From: Oculina patagonica
Lineage: Eukaryota
Reading direction: 5' to 3'
NCBI RefSeq assembly: GCF_052425735.1
Contig: NC_135768.1
Span: 16,430,001-16,494,000, forward strand
Length of the DNA: 64,000 nt
Of the stretch, positions 1 to 12,503 are shown piece by piece. The notes beneath the pieces were generated by a model, which was not told where the DNA came from, searched no databases, and saw only the letters and a program-made list of their open reading frames with translations. A program made the position numbers and the translations under genes. Every line of letters begins with the position of its first letter. Within the stretch, counting starts at the first letter, position 1.

Positions 1-1204
1 TTTGACCAAACTGCGCCCTCATTCCCTTTAATGGCAATGTAAAGGACAGGCATTTAAATTAGGCAAAGCACTCCAATATTCCCGTTTGACCAGGTTCTTT
101 CTTTTCTTTTCTTTTTTTTTTTTTACAAAACAAGTACTTCGCGACCTCAGTTTATTATCGCCACCAGACTGATAGGTCAATGAGACCCACCGTTCTATGG
201 ATTTTAAAACACTGACATTCAGGGCTGGCATGCTGACAAAATCATCCTTGTTGTTGTTATGTTCTTGTGGTTTGACATCCTTGCTGTAAAATTTTTTTTT
301 TCCTCAAAATATCGCAAGAGTGAGAGGTTATATTGTGACTTCCGCTTATTTTGGTACATGGTCTCCGCGCTACCCATAGGAAATAAGAGGACTAGCTCCA
401 TAAATTTAACGACAACGAAACCTTCCGGTTCCGCCAGAAACAGAACCCTAAAATTCATAAACCGAACACCTTATCCTAACTTAAATCTTGTGTTATGTTT
501 ATATTTAAAAAATAAACCATGTTTACACGGCTACGGTTCCTGCGCACAGACCACTAAAATCCAAAAGCTTTTTTTTATTTTTATTTTTATCTTCTTTTTA
601 TTTTGAACGGTGAACGAGTTGTCTTGATTTTTTATCTCAATTTTGCGTTGACCTTTCCAACCTTTCCGAGAAAAAAAGACAAAAATATATATTTTTTTAA
701 TAGATCAATCAGAACTTTCATGCGAGACCAGGACCAGGAGCTTAAAGTGTAGGGGCTACTTGTTTTGTCAAATTCCCGGCATATTTGAAGCTTGCGTGAA
801 ATTTATGACCAGTAAGCACTCGGAATGGCTATCGTGCATAAATTAACTTGGCGTGAAAAAGTGAAAAAAATAAAATAAAATAAATGCAAGACTCATTCAA
901 AGTTGCGACCACAGAAGATAAGATCTACCGAGCAAAAAAATTACAAATTTGACCCTCTTCGCAAAGACTGTGTCCGATCGAAAGATTATCTTACACTTTT
1001 GACTCGATTGACATTTGTTTTAGTAGCGGGATATATGGATTAACCGAACGGAATAATTTCTGCTGGTACCCTGAAAAAAATTATAATGAACCAATTAAGA
1101 AAGACAAGGATTTTCCTGGTAAAAAATGTAGTTCGTTCCTATTTGACCTGCCATGTTTTTATTTGCCAAACCATTGGGTTGAACAAGGCCACCTGTTTCT
1201 CACG

Positions 1205-1275
1205 CTGTGATTGGCTATCGTTTGTTGACAAACTAATCAGGCTTACATGTCACATGACATTGGCGGCCATGTTCG
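1205..1275 (+). promoter_or_regulatory. Putative MAP3K proximal promoter (CCAAT, E-box, YY1-like)
   Basis: ATTGG at 1210, near-palindromic GTCACATGAC at 1249-1258, CGGCCATGTT at 1264-1273, about 300 bp upstream of the ATG. Motif matches only. Confidence 0.45.
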
Positions 1276-1580
1276 GTCGAAAATTTATAAACATCGACTT
1301 CCCTTTCGAGGATTTGCGGCTTTTTTGACGTAAATATGCGATAATTTTCTAGTGGAAGTGTTTTATTTCGAAAACGAAACATTCACAGGCTTAGAGGGTT
1401 CGAATTGGAGCGTCATCGTAATTTTTTTCGGGTAGAAAATGAAATTTTATCGCCGCCTTGAGATTTTTTATGGCCGAACGAACACAAACTCAACGGATGT
1501 GAAGCGTGTTTAAACTTGTCGGTAAAGGACAACGAGTGAGAGGTGAGGATGGCTAACTGTTTGTGTTAAAGAAGTTAAGT

Positions 1581-4500
1581 ATGAACATCAAAGACGAAGA
1601 TTCCACGCGAAGGGAGAAAGTCAATTCGGTGGAGAAAAATGGCGGGGTTTCCCCGGGGAGCAAGCCGAAAACTGCGGGAGATTTCTTGGCTAACCCGGAC
1701 GGGGAAAATCAAGCCTCGTCAAGCAAAGATTATTCGTCAAATTCGGCCTCGCTTAGTGGTCTTTTACAGCGTTTGCTAGGGTGTCTAAGGCCTGTTTGGA
1801 CGATACTAGGCAAGGCTTCAAAAGAACAGAAATCGGATCCATGGACTATTCCATTCGACGAAATTTACGAGTTGGAATGGCTGGGATCAGGGGCTCAAGG
1901 GGCAGTTTTCCTGGGACAATACGGCGGCCAACAAGTCGCTGTTAAAAAAGTCCGTCGTGAAGCAGACACTGATATTAAACACTTGAGGAACATAAATCAT
2001 CCTAATATTGTCAAATTCAGGTAGGAGTATTTATTTTGTTTCTTGACTTTGATGTAGAGTAATATTGATCAAGGGGAGGGGAGACATCACTGGTACCCTG
2101 GTTCACAATGAAATGAAATTAAAATTTATTTTGTTTAGTTAGCTTCTGCCAGATGTTATATCCTTAAATTCACAGTGTGGGTTAAAATTTACCAAAAAAA
2201 ATCAAGGCTAAGGAAATTTAAGAGAATTATTTTAGTGGGTTAGAAGTTATATGAATAAGTTATGTTGATTGTTGCTATTCTCTATTTTCCAGTTGCCCAT
2301 AATACATTTGTTTGCCCCCCAAATTTTGCATAAACTATTGTTTTCAAATTCTCTTGGGAGGACTGCATATTTCCAAAACAATAGTTTATGCAAAATTTGG
2401 GGGGCAAACAAAGTGCATTATGGGCAATTGGAAAATAGAGAATACATGATATGTCCCCTATGTTTATATTTGTTTGTAAAAAAAAAATTAATCAGTCCTA
2501 GTCAGTAGAAAAATGTTAATGGTATAATTTTGGACATTTTGTTGGTATCAGATGGTAATTTTAATGCTAGACTTTGCGATATGGTAAGATCACTAAATTT
2601 TCAGCAAGCCTGAGACTTTCTTATCCTTACAAAATAAATCAAAACACCAAGACATTGTTGAGGAAAAAATTGTTATCCAGCGAGTCCTGTGAAATTTGAC
2701 TAAATTTCTGTGAAACCTGTAGTTCATGAAGGACCCTTTACCACCCATTATTGTTAAACAGTTCATTTTGACAGTGTTAATCCCCGCCCTACCCATTCAA
2801 TGTTTATGAGACACTTCAGAACTGGTACATGAAGGCACTTTGCTTGTTGTAAAATTATTGCAAAAAAGTATGAATTCTGCACCCTGTTTGAACACTCTGG
2901 CTTGCTGTCTTGATGGAAGGTTTTACCATTGCGGAACTATGTTCATACATGTACTTATTTTTTTGTGTGTATGCTGTTGTGCTTGGTCAGTTTTTTGATC
3001 TATTAAACTAAACAGTCAATAGTTTAACTAATGACAGCTAAAGCTCTACTAACTGACACCTGACATGGAACAGACACCTTCTGTTGGCAGATGCTAAGTC
3101 ATGGCCCGTTGACATTTGACATATATAACACTACATTTTAAACCTCCCATTGTGTGGTATACCTGCCAAGTCTCATGCCTTAGGCGCAAATCTTACCCCT
3201 GCGAGTTGAAAACTTCAATCTCACACCAACACACACTCACAAACCAATTTCTCATGACTAGCTGGAAAATGTAAGTTGTTAAAACCATAACTGACAGTCA
3301 CTTTCCAAAAGAATGTAAACTCAAACCACTGTGAGATATGAAAAACTCTCATGTATAACAACAACAAGAAATGCATAGGGAATGAGGTCGTGTTTAGCAA
3401 AACACGTCCTGGGACTGGAACTGGGATACATTCGGAACGTCTTCCGAATACTTCAGACGTGTTCGGAAATCTTCAGACATGGTCGTGTTGTCTTCAGAAT
3501 TCCTGGCACTCTCAGGATAAAAATCTCACGCCTTTGACCCAGAATGTGGACTCTCTTGGGTTCTAAGGGTGTCTTGTAGGAAGTTCAACTGTACCCTCAA
3601 TGCTATTATCTTTATAAACACCAATTTTTTTTTGTTATTTCAGAGGAATATGCAATCAGGCACCAGTTCACTGTATAATCATGGAGTTCTGCCCAAATGG
3701 TCAGCTGTATGAAGTTTTACGCAATGGCCGTCAAATCACTCCTTCCTTACTCATAAAGTGGTCGAAGCAGATTGCGGATGGAATGCATTACCTTCATCTT
3801 CACAAAATTATTCACAGGGATTTGAAGTCACCCAAGTGAGTTTCGTGGAAATTGATGTGTACTCATGTTAGGGCTATGCATAGAGTTAAAAATGTAAATC
3901 AGCTTTAAAAAAACTTATATGTATGAGGTCTGTGGCAACTTTCATTAAGTGAAAACTTACTGTGTTTTACATAAAGTGTGTTACACTTATAATTTACTGT
4001 CTTAAATAACGCCCAGTTAGACCTTGTATTAATAGCCTGGATATAAGCATGTTCAATCACGTTTGTATTCAACCCTTTGAGTTGTGTGTTAGTTTCATAT
4101 AGCAAGTCTCTTGTCTTGTTTTACTTTCCACTTTGAAGTTTGCCCACAGTCTTAGATTCTTGTCACTCTTCTGAATTTTAATGTTTCAGTTGCCCCAGTC
4201 AGAATTCATTGTATTGCCATTTTATGTGGTGTTTCTACCAACTTCTGAAAACAAGCCCTTGGCTAAATATGGGGGGAGAGGAGGTGATCTGCAGCACCCC
4301 CCCCCCCACCCCCGACCCTAGATGACTAGATGATGATCACCCTCGATGGATGAACAACATTATTTTTTCACCAATCAAAAAGTCTGTGGGAGGCGCGGTG
4401 GCCAAATGGTTAGCGCGCTCGCCTCCGAGTCGAACAGCCCAGGTTCGAGGCCTGGCTGGGGCGCTCCGTTGTGTTCTTGGGCAAGACACAAATTTTACTC

Positions 4501-7500
4501 TCACAGTGCCTCTCTCCACCCAGGTGTATAAATGGGTACCGGCGAATTTACTGCTGGGGGGTAACCCTGCGATGGACTAGCATCCCATCCAGGGGGAGTA
4601 GCAATACTCTCAGTCAGTTAATGCTACGGAAACCGGGATAAGCTCAGGCCTGTATGGGCCACTAGGCTCGAAGCAGACTTTACCTTCTTTAATCAAAAAG
4701 TCTCCCTTTCCTTTTTTCAATGTTTCTTTTTGCATGTGTTTATTTGCGATAGTGTCCTTGTTGGAGAGGATGACCTGCTCAAAATATCAGACTTTGGCAC
4801 ATGTAAGGAGTTTAGTGAGAAAAGTGCTAAGATGACGTTTGCTGGAACTGTTGCTTGGATGGCTCCTGAAGTTATCAGGAATGAACCTTGCTCTGAGAAG
4901 GTTGATGTTTGGTAAGCTTGACTTACTGTCATGAGGAGCTAATAAATTAATAATAAATTTTATTGTAATTACGTATATAGCAGTAACATTGGATTTTTTT
5001 ATGTGGCCCTTTTACCAGCTTACAGTTGTTGTCTGTTTGTACTCGCAGGTCGTTTGGTGTTCTTTTGTGGGAACTCCTCACAGGCGAGATGCCTTACAGG
5101 GTAGGTGTTAGCTATAACATTGACAGTTAGCGGAAGAAACAAAATAAATTAAATTTCAAATCATAGATCAATTAGGATACATTTAAAAGAAAAGAAGTAG
5201 AGGGTAACAAGTAAAAACGTGGTGGATGAATACCTTTAAAATCTTAAAGTTTCCTTGTTTCCTTGTGTTCATCTCCTGTCATGAATTATTATCAAAGGGG
5301 AGGGGGGGGGGGGCAGAATAGAAGAGGAACGTTTATATTTTAAAAAAATTAACTGTGATCCAGACCTGTAGTAGCTAGCTTATTAGAGAGGGGGGCTCAA
5401 GGCTGCTGCCTAAGAAAAATTTTTAGGAGCCCTTCGGGCTCCTAACTTCAAAATTTAGGAGCCCAAGCCATTATTTTAGAAGCCCAGCTTAAGTTGCCGA
5501 AGACAAATCTGGGGGGGGGGGTTACTTAGGCAAATATGTGGTCGACTATGTGGCCTAGGAGAGGGGCCCAGGGATTGAACCTTCCCCCAACATTATTGCT
5601 ATAATATACCCGAATGTCCCCTAGGGGTACTCCCTATAGTGGACTATATGGGGAGGCTCCACCCAACAGGGATACCTTTTTCAGGCTCCAGGTATATAAA
5701 AGGGTGGGGATTTCATGAGTTGGACTATACAAAAGGGGAGGGAAAACTGGTTTTAAAGTATTAAAAGAACCCTTCATAATGCTTGAACAGACCCACCAAA
5801 TGATCAAGTCATTTAAGTATTTTAAAGTGTTATTATTCAAGTGAAAAATAAGAAAAAAAGATGTAGTATTCCTTTTGTTGGTATGTGAAAGGGGCGCCAT
5901 CTTCATGAGGGGGTATATGGTTTCTAAAAGGGTAAGGGTCGCTTTCACATACCAAAAATGGCAACCTCGTTCATGAGATCCTGGAAATGAGGTTGCAGAA
6001 ATGGTATATGAAAGGGTAAGGGTACTCTGGGGCAGAGCCTCCCCATAAAACTGCTTTTTACTCTGCAGCAACCTAAGAGACCCAGAGGAAAGAAGTTGGA
6101 TAAGTCATCAATATCAGCAATATATATTATCTCTCCCCTCTGTGGGTTAAATCACTAGCTGGGCTGGGAGAAATAAACCAACAATGAAAACTGACATGCA
6201 TTTAGTTGAAAGCATGAAGTGTTAATTCATTTGTTAAGCCAGTGCCAGTCTGAGTGCATTTCATGTACTTTCATTAGTTTTTTCATGTAGAAAATCAATG
6301 AACATGAAGCAGGAAAATCCAGTTCAATTAATGTTTTAGTAATCAAGGTTAAAAAAGAAGCAATAATTAAGCAGGTCAATTTTTCCTAGGTTTAGAAAAA
6401 GGTAATAAGAAGTCAAAAACACCTGTGTAAACACTTTAATTAAGTTATGATCTTATCTTTGTTACATGATAACCAGTTGACAAAAATAGAACAGAAACAT
6501 TAAATTGTGAAAACACTTCAAATTACTTTACTCATCAAATAAGTTGTTTATAAAATTAATGTAGTAGCAAAAGCAATTTGTTTTATTCAAACTGAACATC
6601 TGAGCAGGCAAAAAGCACTGAGGTTTCCAGCACAAAAATTTGCTAGTTACGGATCAATGCCCGAGAATGCTCCTCATTATAAACGCGAAAACATAAAACA
6701 GTTCGTTGAAAATAACAACCTTAGTCCACAAAAAAGCGGCAGCAGATATGAAATGTCACATGAAAAGAAAGAGGCATACACTTTATGTTCATTCTAAAGT
6801 TAAGCGTTCAATGCTTCATAGATTAAGCTGAATTACATGTAAAACACGCCACGTAAGTTTGTGTACACATCACGATATTTGGCACGTTGTTTTACGTAAG
6901 TTTAAGCCTGTCGGAAAGGTTTTTGTATCAAGCGTTTGCAGATTAAAATTATTTCAGACCTGATTCATGACTGCAGTAGCAAACAGATTGATTTACTTTT
7001 GTATCCTTAAAATTTACTTCAGATTCACTTGGATTCACTTTGAAACTTCTCCGAAACGTCAACGAAGCAAACGAAACGTAAACCAGAACATAATACCATT
7101 ATTCCATATTTGGAAGTTAGGCCCAGTCCTAAACACTTGAAAGCGAATGGTTTTCGAAGTTGCTAAATTTTGCAAAGACACGTTACGTACTTGATACGCT
7201 AAATGCGAACAATTTTAGCGTTTCCGTTTTAAAATGAAGCAGTTTTTTGTTTTAAATGGGATTTTTTATGCCAATGAAACAAGGTTACAAGGAAATTGAA
7301 GTCAAAGGATGGGAGTGGAAGATCAATGTTTAGGCGCCCATGCGGGCTCCTTGAACAAAAATTCAGTCGCCCGCACTCGTAACTTAGGCGCCCCTGGCGA
7401 CCGGGCGCCCGTTAGGCAGCAGCCTTGGGGCTTAATAGACAGTAACTCATAGGCTTTCATGATCACAACGAAACAGTAAAAGCTAATTCAGACTGTTACT

Positions 7501-10500
7501 GACTGTTTTTTTTTTTGTAAAATGTACATTTACAATAGGATGTCGATTCATCTGCCATTATTTGGGGTGTTGGTAGCAACAGTTTGCATCTTCCAGTACC
7601 GACCACGTGTCCAGAGGGCTTTAAACTGCTTATGAAACTTTGCTGGTAATGTTTATGTTTATTTAATTACTTAAAATCTGCATTAAAGTCACACAAAATG
7701 TGAAAACAGATGTTTCATCAATCCCATTCAGGGGAATCTTGGATAAAACCTAGAGAATTGGCAGCTTTTTTATGTTTGAATATAATAACTTTATATTAAG
7801 TGACATTAAAGGGACACTGTCACGAGCTTAACTTCAAAAATTTAGAAGCCTAAAGATGTATGAAAACCTACAAATAGTGGTCCGTTTTGTTAAAAATTGC
7901 AATGCCAGTGTACTGAAGAAAAATGCCTGCAACAGTGTAAGTGTCCCTTTAATTGACATAAAATAATGTATGTTGTTTCTTTCTTTAGGAATAGCAAACC
8001 AAAGAATCGACCATCATTCCAACAAGTGCTTCTTCATGTGGAGATTGCTGCAGGGGATGTGCTTAATACACCCCAAGAAATTTATCTTAACAAGCAGGTT
8101 AGTCAAAACAAAAGCTAAATTCACCAAAATGTTTGGTACATGCATATGTTCCATATGTATTCCATTTGTTCCATATGTGTTCCATATGTATTCCATGTTC
8201 CACACGTATGGGAGGCGCGGTGGCCTTATGGTTAATGTGGTGGACTACAGATCCAGCGGTCCGGATTTAGCCCCGGCAGGGGCACTGTGTTGTTTTCTTA
8301 GGCAAGACACTTTAGTCTCTTGAAGCCTCTCTCCACAGGTGAATAAATGGGTACCGGTGAATTTACTGCTTGGGGGCTAACCCTGCAATGGACTAGCATC
8401 CCATCCAGGGGGGAGTAGAAATACTCCTAGCCGCTTAATGCTACGAAAACCGGGATAAGCTCTGGCCTGATGAGCCACTTTGCTGGACAGCAGGCTTTAC
8501 CTTTTACCATATGTATTAAGTTATAGTTATGCCCCTCAGACCGTTTTCTTTCTGTTGAAAGTCAGCCTTACCAGACATACTGGTAGGCTAAATACAAAAT
8601 TGAAATATTTTCCTTTTTTCCAGAGCAAGAGATTTAATGAGCATCTTATTAACCTTGTCTTCCTTACGTTTTCCCCATCAATTTAATAGGCTTTGCACAT
8701 GCATCTAGTCAAAGACAAAAGCTTACTGGCTCTTTTCTCTTGTGTAACATCCAAACATAATTTCACCATTTATTTAATCAAAAAATCTGTTTTAAAGATA
8801 ACGTGGAGAGGAGAAATCAAAGAGGAGTTTCAGAAGATGAAAAATAGAAGCAGTGCACACATGCAGAACCTTCATCAACTTCAACAACTTGATGAGGAAC
8901 TCATTAGGAGAAGGAAAGAAGAATTGAGGTAAATTGTATTATTTAAATAATACAGGAAGTTAGAGGCTAGAAGGTAGAAGACATGGAGATGAAGGTAGGA
9001 GTGATGAGAGATTGATGTAACAGCTAGCGCATGCTTGACTTTATTATTGTGAATACCTGGTTGGTGTGCTGGGCTAGGGCCGAATTGTGTTGCACTCTTG
9101 GGTCAGACACCCAGCTCTTGCCAACTCTTAACAGTGCCTCTGCACCCAGAAGCATAAAAATTGATGGACACCAGGAGCTGGAAGACCCTAGCATCCCCAC
9201 TAAGAGGAATAGCAATACCCCTAATTTCTAAAGTTTTGCTTTGAAAACCAGTTTAAGTTTCTGCAGCTGCTAGGTACACATGACCCTTGTGGAGACTTTA
9301 CAACCTGACAGCTACATCTTTTGGTAACCTAGCGCTGTACTGCTTCAAACATTGTTCAAAACCTGCAGAGTAAATGTCATTTGGCTTTTTGTTTACAGGC
9401 ATGCAAGGGATATCAGAGTTCACTATGAGCAGAAGCTGGAGAGAGCCAACAATTTGTATCAGGAACTGAATGAATGCATGCAGCACTTAGAAGCGCGAGA
9501 AAAAGAACTTCTCAGGTAAAAAAAACGTAGCAGCACATGTGTTTTGTTGCTGATGACAATCGTGTATGGGTAAAACAATCTAGCTCTCTGCACGCATTGC
9601 AGACCTATTGTGTTTGATATTGTAGAGGACAAGTGGGTTAAGCTGTGATTGCTTTTGATTTATTCCCATAGGCGTGAACGCCAACTCAAACTTGAAAACA
9701 GCAAAAAGAGGGTTATTAAGTCGGAGCTTAAAGCGCGCACTGCTGCTGTGGAGAATGTGTTGTCGAATCAGCCTGTCAGGAAACCTTCATCCTCAAGCTG
9801 GTGAGTGAGAGAAAGAGGGAGGAAAGGAGGGAGGGAGGGATTCAGGGAGGGAGGAGGGAGGGACGAAGACACAGACAGATGGACAGTAAGGAGGAAGAGA
9901 GGGGGACGAACTGACGGACAGACGGACGGACGGGTGGGGGGGGGGGGGGGGAAATAATAATAATCATTTGGCAATAATTGACTTTGGGGGAGGGGGCTAC
10001 AATTAATCGATATAATGGTTAAAGTGTGAGAAAAATATTGACCCAATGCCCCGAATTTAAGCGTTTTCATTTTTCCACTCCCTTTTTCACCTTTTGAAAT
10101 ATATTTTTGAGTGTAAGCAGGTACTGGACGCAGGCTTTTTAGCCAGGTGGGAGTTCAGGAGTCCTATGGACGGCCACTTTTCAGAGAAAATTAATATGAA
10201 TAACTGTATACAGAGGTTTTTATAGCAAATTTGGAAATCTTTAGATACTTTTGCACTCATAACTGCAGTAAAATACCTCTCCCGTTCCTCAGGCCCTCCT
10301 GTGGGAACAACGTCTGGCCTTATAAAAATTTTGGACTCCCAGTTATTAAATCCTGCCTAAAAGCCTGACCGGACGTTAACTCAAAAAGAGACTTTTGGTA
10401 AATGTTGTTTATCTAGTTACTTATTACTGCCATTCCTTAACTTTAGTCCCAACACCTCTAGCAGCTCTAGCAGCCCGACTGAACGCACTCCCTGGCCTCA

Positions 10501-12503
10501 GGAAGGTGACAGCGAAGATCAAGAAAGACAAAACTACGCCAGAAAGATGAAAAGAAGTCGCAGCTGTCTGAGCAAATCCAAACGTCGCAGATCCCCAGGG
10601 ACACCAAGCGCTGGGACACAGGATGTAGACGAATTTATGACCCTCCAGGACTCCAGTTTAGGACTCAAAAAGGGACCTTGTTGTAATGGTTCTCTGCAAG
10701 GTCATTCGTGGGACTGTACAGACAAAATGGCCCCTTGTAGTTGTAGTGACAGTGACCATGATCTAGCAGCATGTAGGCGCACATGTGATAAGTGTCCCTT
10801 CACAACAGGATCTCCTATTAGTATTCCAAGAAGGAAAGCAAAAAGGAGAAGATGGAACTCTAATTCGGAGAGTTCGTGTGAGAGTAAACATTTATCCCCG
10901 CGAGTTTCCTCCTCGGATGAAATGTCCGATCTGGAACCTCAGTTCATACCAAAACTGACAAACGATTCAATAGAGTTAACGGAAGATGAACAGTTTACAA
11001 ATGTCATCCTTCAGTTTTCAGAGTCATGCCTGGAAGAAGAGGTAAGATCCTTTCAAACTAGTCTTGTCTTACGATCGATTTCCAGCCGTTCTGGGGTTTC
11101 GTCCTAGAATCCCATTTTCCAGCCTAAATTTTGCCCAAATCCCATGTCCCACCTATTGTTTTCATGATTTTTCAAATCGCAGTCCCAGTTCTGTTGTTAT
11201 TTGTTTGTGATTCCCAGTTCTAGTGAGCTTGATTTGTGTTTTGGAGACGGATTGTTCTGAATTGCACCTGTCAAAAGCCCTGGTAAACAAATAGGCCATT
11301 TTCGAGTTACCCTTTGCCTCTGTTTTAAAACGAGTCTACGTGCGAAACCATTCATATGAAAATGAGTTTGATTTGCATGAAAATATGGACCTGTAGATGA
11401 AACTCATTTTCATATGAACGGTTTTACACGTAGACTCGTTTTAAGATAGAGGCAGAGGGTAACTCGGAAATGGCCTATTGTTGTAATGTCGGGGTCGGAC
11501 GTCACAAACCGTCTGGATGACTAGCTCGCATTATAACTTTCTTTAGAGTTAGGTCCACCTATCTTTAATAATATGTCTGGATACGACGGAAAGAAGGTCA
11601 TAGCGTTTGGGTGGTAAATCATGTGGAGAGTGGAAAGTGAGAAAAATGACCAAGTAAAAGAGATGTAACCTAAGCTAAGCCCATTCAATCTGTTCAATAA
11701 GTTCGATTTCCAGCCGTTCTGGGGTTGCGTCTTCATCCACCTCCCAACGACTGTGATGTCGGGTGGGGAAGGCGGCTCACAAAACGTCTCTAAATCGAGC
11801 GCACGTGCCTAGGTTGAAATCGAGTTCTGAGAAGAGACCTGAGAAGAGTGGACCAAACTACTCAGGCTACCGGTAAAAGGATCCCCGCTCCCCAGTACCC
11901 GAAAGTAGATTTTGTTAGGGAAAGGAGAGTGTTTCGAATAAGAAGGAAAAGGGAAAGGCATGCATCTCCTGTTCGCCGTTTTGCGGTCTGGGCGAACGAG
12001 CGTGATGACGAACGAGGAACGCGGCTCACAAAACGTGTGGAAATCGAGCCTACATGTACATGAGTTAAGGTTTTTGTCGAGTCCTGGGAGATGACAAACT
12101 ACACATGCTACCGGTGAAAGGAACATGCCTCCCCAGTAAAGAAAGTAGATTTCGTTTGGGAAAGGCCTTCAAGGAGAATATTTCAAATGAGAAGAAATAG
12201 AGAAAGGCACCTATCTTTTATATTTTCATTTTGTTCTAGAAGGGTTAAAAAGTAAAATGGTTGAAATCACACAAAAAGCTTGTTGAAATTCAACTTTTAC
12301 AACTATCACTCAAAAGTAGACAGATTTTTTCCCAACGTAATGTCTGTGCTTCTGTTGAATGCAGCCTTCCAATATTGTGTTTGCACTGATTTTATATTTG
12401 CACTAACTTGATTTCTTGTTTGCAGTCACGTGTTCAAGAGGATAAAAGACATGCAATCACCTCGGCGCTTTCAACCAAGGATCTTCCCGACTCATCAGTT
12501 TAA
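1581..12503 (+). CDS. MAP3K13: Dual leucine zipper kinase family MAP3K (DLK/LZK; MAP3K12/13-like), 11 exons, 702 aa
   Basis: Phase-consistent GT-AG exons: 1581-2020, 3644-3835, 4753-4911, 5049-5100, 7539-7645, 7989-8097, 8798-8928, 9399-9515, 9672-9800, 10447-11041, 12426-12503 (2109 nt). Motifs: [87 protein letters not shown], leucine zippers ([31 protein letters not shown]). These match the DLK/LZK family; MAP3K12 vs MAP3K13 is not resolvable for a pre-vertebrate gene. Confidence 0.93.
2278..2442. mobile_element. Hairpin MITE, TA TSD (Tc1/mariner-type, non-autonomous)
   Basis: Roughly 65-bp near-perfect inverted repeats (TTCTCTATTTTCCAGTTGCCCATAAT... / ...ATTATGGGCAATTGGAAAATAGAGAA) with TA on both sides. 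Confidence 0.8.
4386..4690 (+). mobile_element. tRNA-derived SINE, full length
   Basis: A-box-like GGTGGCCAAATGG and B-box-like GGTTCGAG, conserved core (CTTGGGCAAGACAC...CTCTCCACCCAGGTGTATAAATGGGTACC), 3' end CTTTACCTT. Perfect 13-bp TSD AATCAAAAAGTCT at 4373-4385 and 4691-4703. Confidence 0.9.
5398..7427. mobile_element. Non-autonomous DNA transposon, 16-bp TIR, apparent 5-bp TSD
   Basis: CAAGGCTGCTGCCTAA at 5398 and its reverse complement TTAGGCAGCAGCCTTG at 7412-7427; GGGCT on both flanks; subterminal AGGAGCCC/AGGCGCCC repeats; no transposase ORF. Confidence 0.8.
5618..6060. mobile_element. Degraded MITE nested in the 5398-7427 element
   Basis: Imperfect inverted ends ATGGGGAGGCTCCACCC / GGGCAGAGCCTCCCCAT and repeated GGTATATNAAAGGGT motifs. 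Boundaries approximate. Confidence 0.55.
7810..7948. mobile_element. Short MITE with TTAA TSD (Kolobok-like)
   Basis: TTAA-AGGGACACT ... AGTGTCCCT-TTAA. Confidence 0.7.
8210..8508 (+). mobile_element. tRNA-derived SINE, same family as 4386-4690
   Basis: GGGAGGCGCGGTGGCC start and shared core and tail (GGACTAGCATCCCATCCAGGGGG...GGATAAGCTC...CTTTACCTT). Confidence 0.85.
9060..9301 (+). mobile_element. Old degraded SINE copy
   Basis: Remnant core (CTTGGGTCAGACAC, ACAGTGCCTCTGCACCCAG, CTAGCATCCC, AGACTTTAC) colinear with the two younger copies. Confidence 0.65.
9805..9950 (+). repeat. GA/GGAC-rich low-complexity tract ending in poly-G
   Basis: GGAG, GACG/GACA microsatellite units and a G run of about 15 at the start of intron 9. 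Confidence 0.8.
10131..10367. mobile_element. hAT-type MITE
   Basis: CAGGCTTTTTAGCCAGG ... CCTGCCTAAAAGCCTG; 8-bp TSD ACTGGACG / ACCGGACG (7/8 match). Confidence 0.75.
11290..11479. mobile_element. Palindromic MITE
   Basis: AATAGGCCATTTTCGAGTTACC ... GGTAACTCGGAAATGGCCTATT, near-full foldback; absent from the paralogous segment near 18100 (empty site). Confidence 0.85.

Noticed and set aside
4386-4460. tRNA gene
   Set aside because: It is the tRNA-like head of a SINE with a body, tail and 13-bp TSD.
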